Shown here one piece after another: positions 63,414 to 64,000 of a DNA stretch of 64,000 nucleotides; the first letter of the stretch is position 1; each line of letters opens with the position of its first letter. The stretch is taken from NCBI GenBank assembly GCA_030704615.1, contig CM060731.1:11594001-11658000 (forward strand), written 5' to 3'. The stretch comes from Takakia lepidozioides (taxonomy: Eukaryota > Plantae > Bryophyta). Made by a program: the position numbers and the translations under genes. The notes beneath the pieces are model-generated. The model was not told the origin of the DNA. It saw nothing but the letters and a program-made list of their open reading frames with translations, and did no database searches.

Positions 63414-64000
63414 TCACCGGTAATCTCCACAAGAACAAACCCCATCATTGAAATGGTGAAAGCGGATGGCATCCCGCACTACAAGTGCTCGCCCAACAAT
63501 CTTGGAGATGAACTTGATGGCAGTGTGGCAGTCACCACAGACACGAAGGTTCTTATTGACGTGGAGAGGTATTCCAGGGGAGGTGCTGATGAGCCCAAAA
63601 GCAATAGCCAGCTTCTCACTGTGGTGGCAAAGAGAAAATTCCTTCATCTCCTCCTCCACATCATGCAATACAAAACGCGTGTCAGGTACATATCCTGCAT
63701 CCTTCATGCGCCCATACAACCTCTTCAGCTCAGCATGGATTTCATCAATTGGTGGATGCAATTTGTCTTCAACAACAAATGTATGCACCTGGTTGTCCAC
63801 CTCAATGCAGCTGCGACCTGCTTCCTTTCTGACCCCTCTTTCTTCCATTAGTCTTCTCACCTTTGCTTGATCATCCTACCTGCCAGCCGCAGCATAGATG
63901 TTTGAGAGCAGCACATAAGTTGATGCATCCTGTGGATCACACTTGAGGAGACATTTTGCAGCACATTCTGCCCGCTCCACATCACCATGAAGTCTGCACG
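63414..64000 (-). pseudogene. 3' end (E1-E2-DYW) of a third PLS-PPR gene; TAG at 63876-63878 and terminal DYR
   Basis: [51 protein letters not shown]; the gene continues beyond the window. Confidence 0.85.

Overview
Eukaryotic nuclear DNA from a land plant, probably a seed-free lineage (inferred from GT-AG introns, a UGT, near-identical PLS-triplet PPR-DYW genes and the transposon families). Left to right: (1) the 3' end of an NLR-like LRR gene with an in-frame stop, a fungal-like post-LRR domain and a ZZ zinc finger; (2) a two-exon UDP-glycosyltransferase; (3) a 35.3-kb Mutator-like element (10031-45367, long TIRs, 9-bp TATATATAT TSD). Its SWIM-type transposase was scrambled by two nested inversions. 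It carries a C2H2/Ulp1-protease gene, a second MULE-type transposase, and a divergent gene encoding a ParB/Srx-like (DGNHR) domain plus a beta-class N4/N6 DNA-methyltransferase fold, with about 10 palindromic 22-24 bp sites in its introns. The second transposase is split by an 11-kb hAT-like pack element (15-bp TIR, 8-bp TSD) carrying captured PPR-gene fragments and about 65 copies of a 138-bp PPR-derived satellite; (4) LINE and LTR remnants; (5) three PLS-PPR editing-factor genes. One has an intact DYW domain and predicted spliced N-terminal OSB-type PDF (ssDNA-binding) motifs; the other two are cut by nonsense codons in the E2 region. All calls come from reading the sequence by eye; no searches were run.
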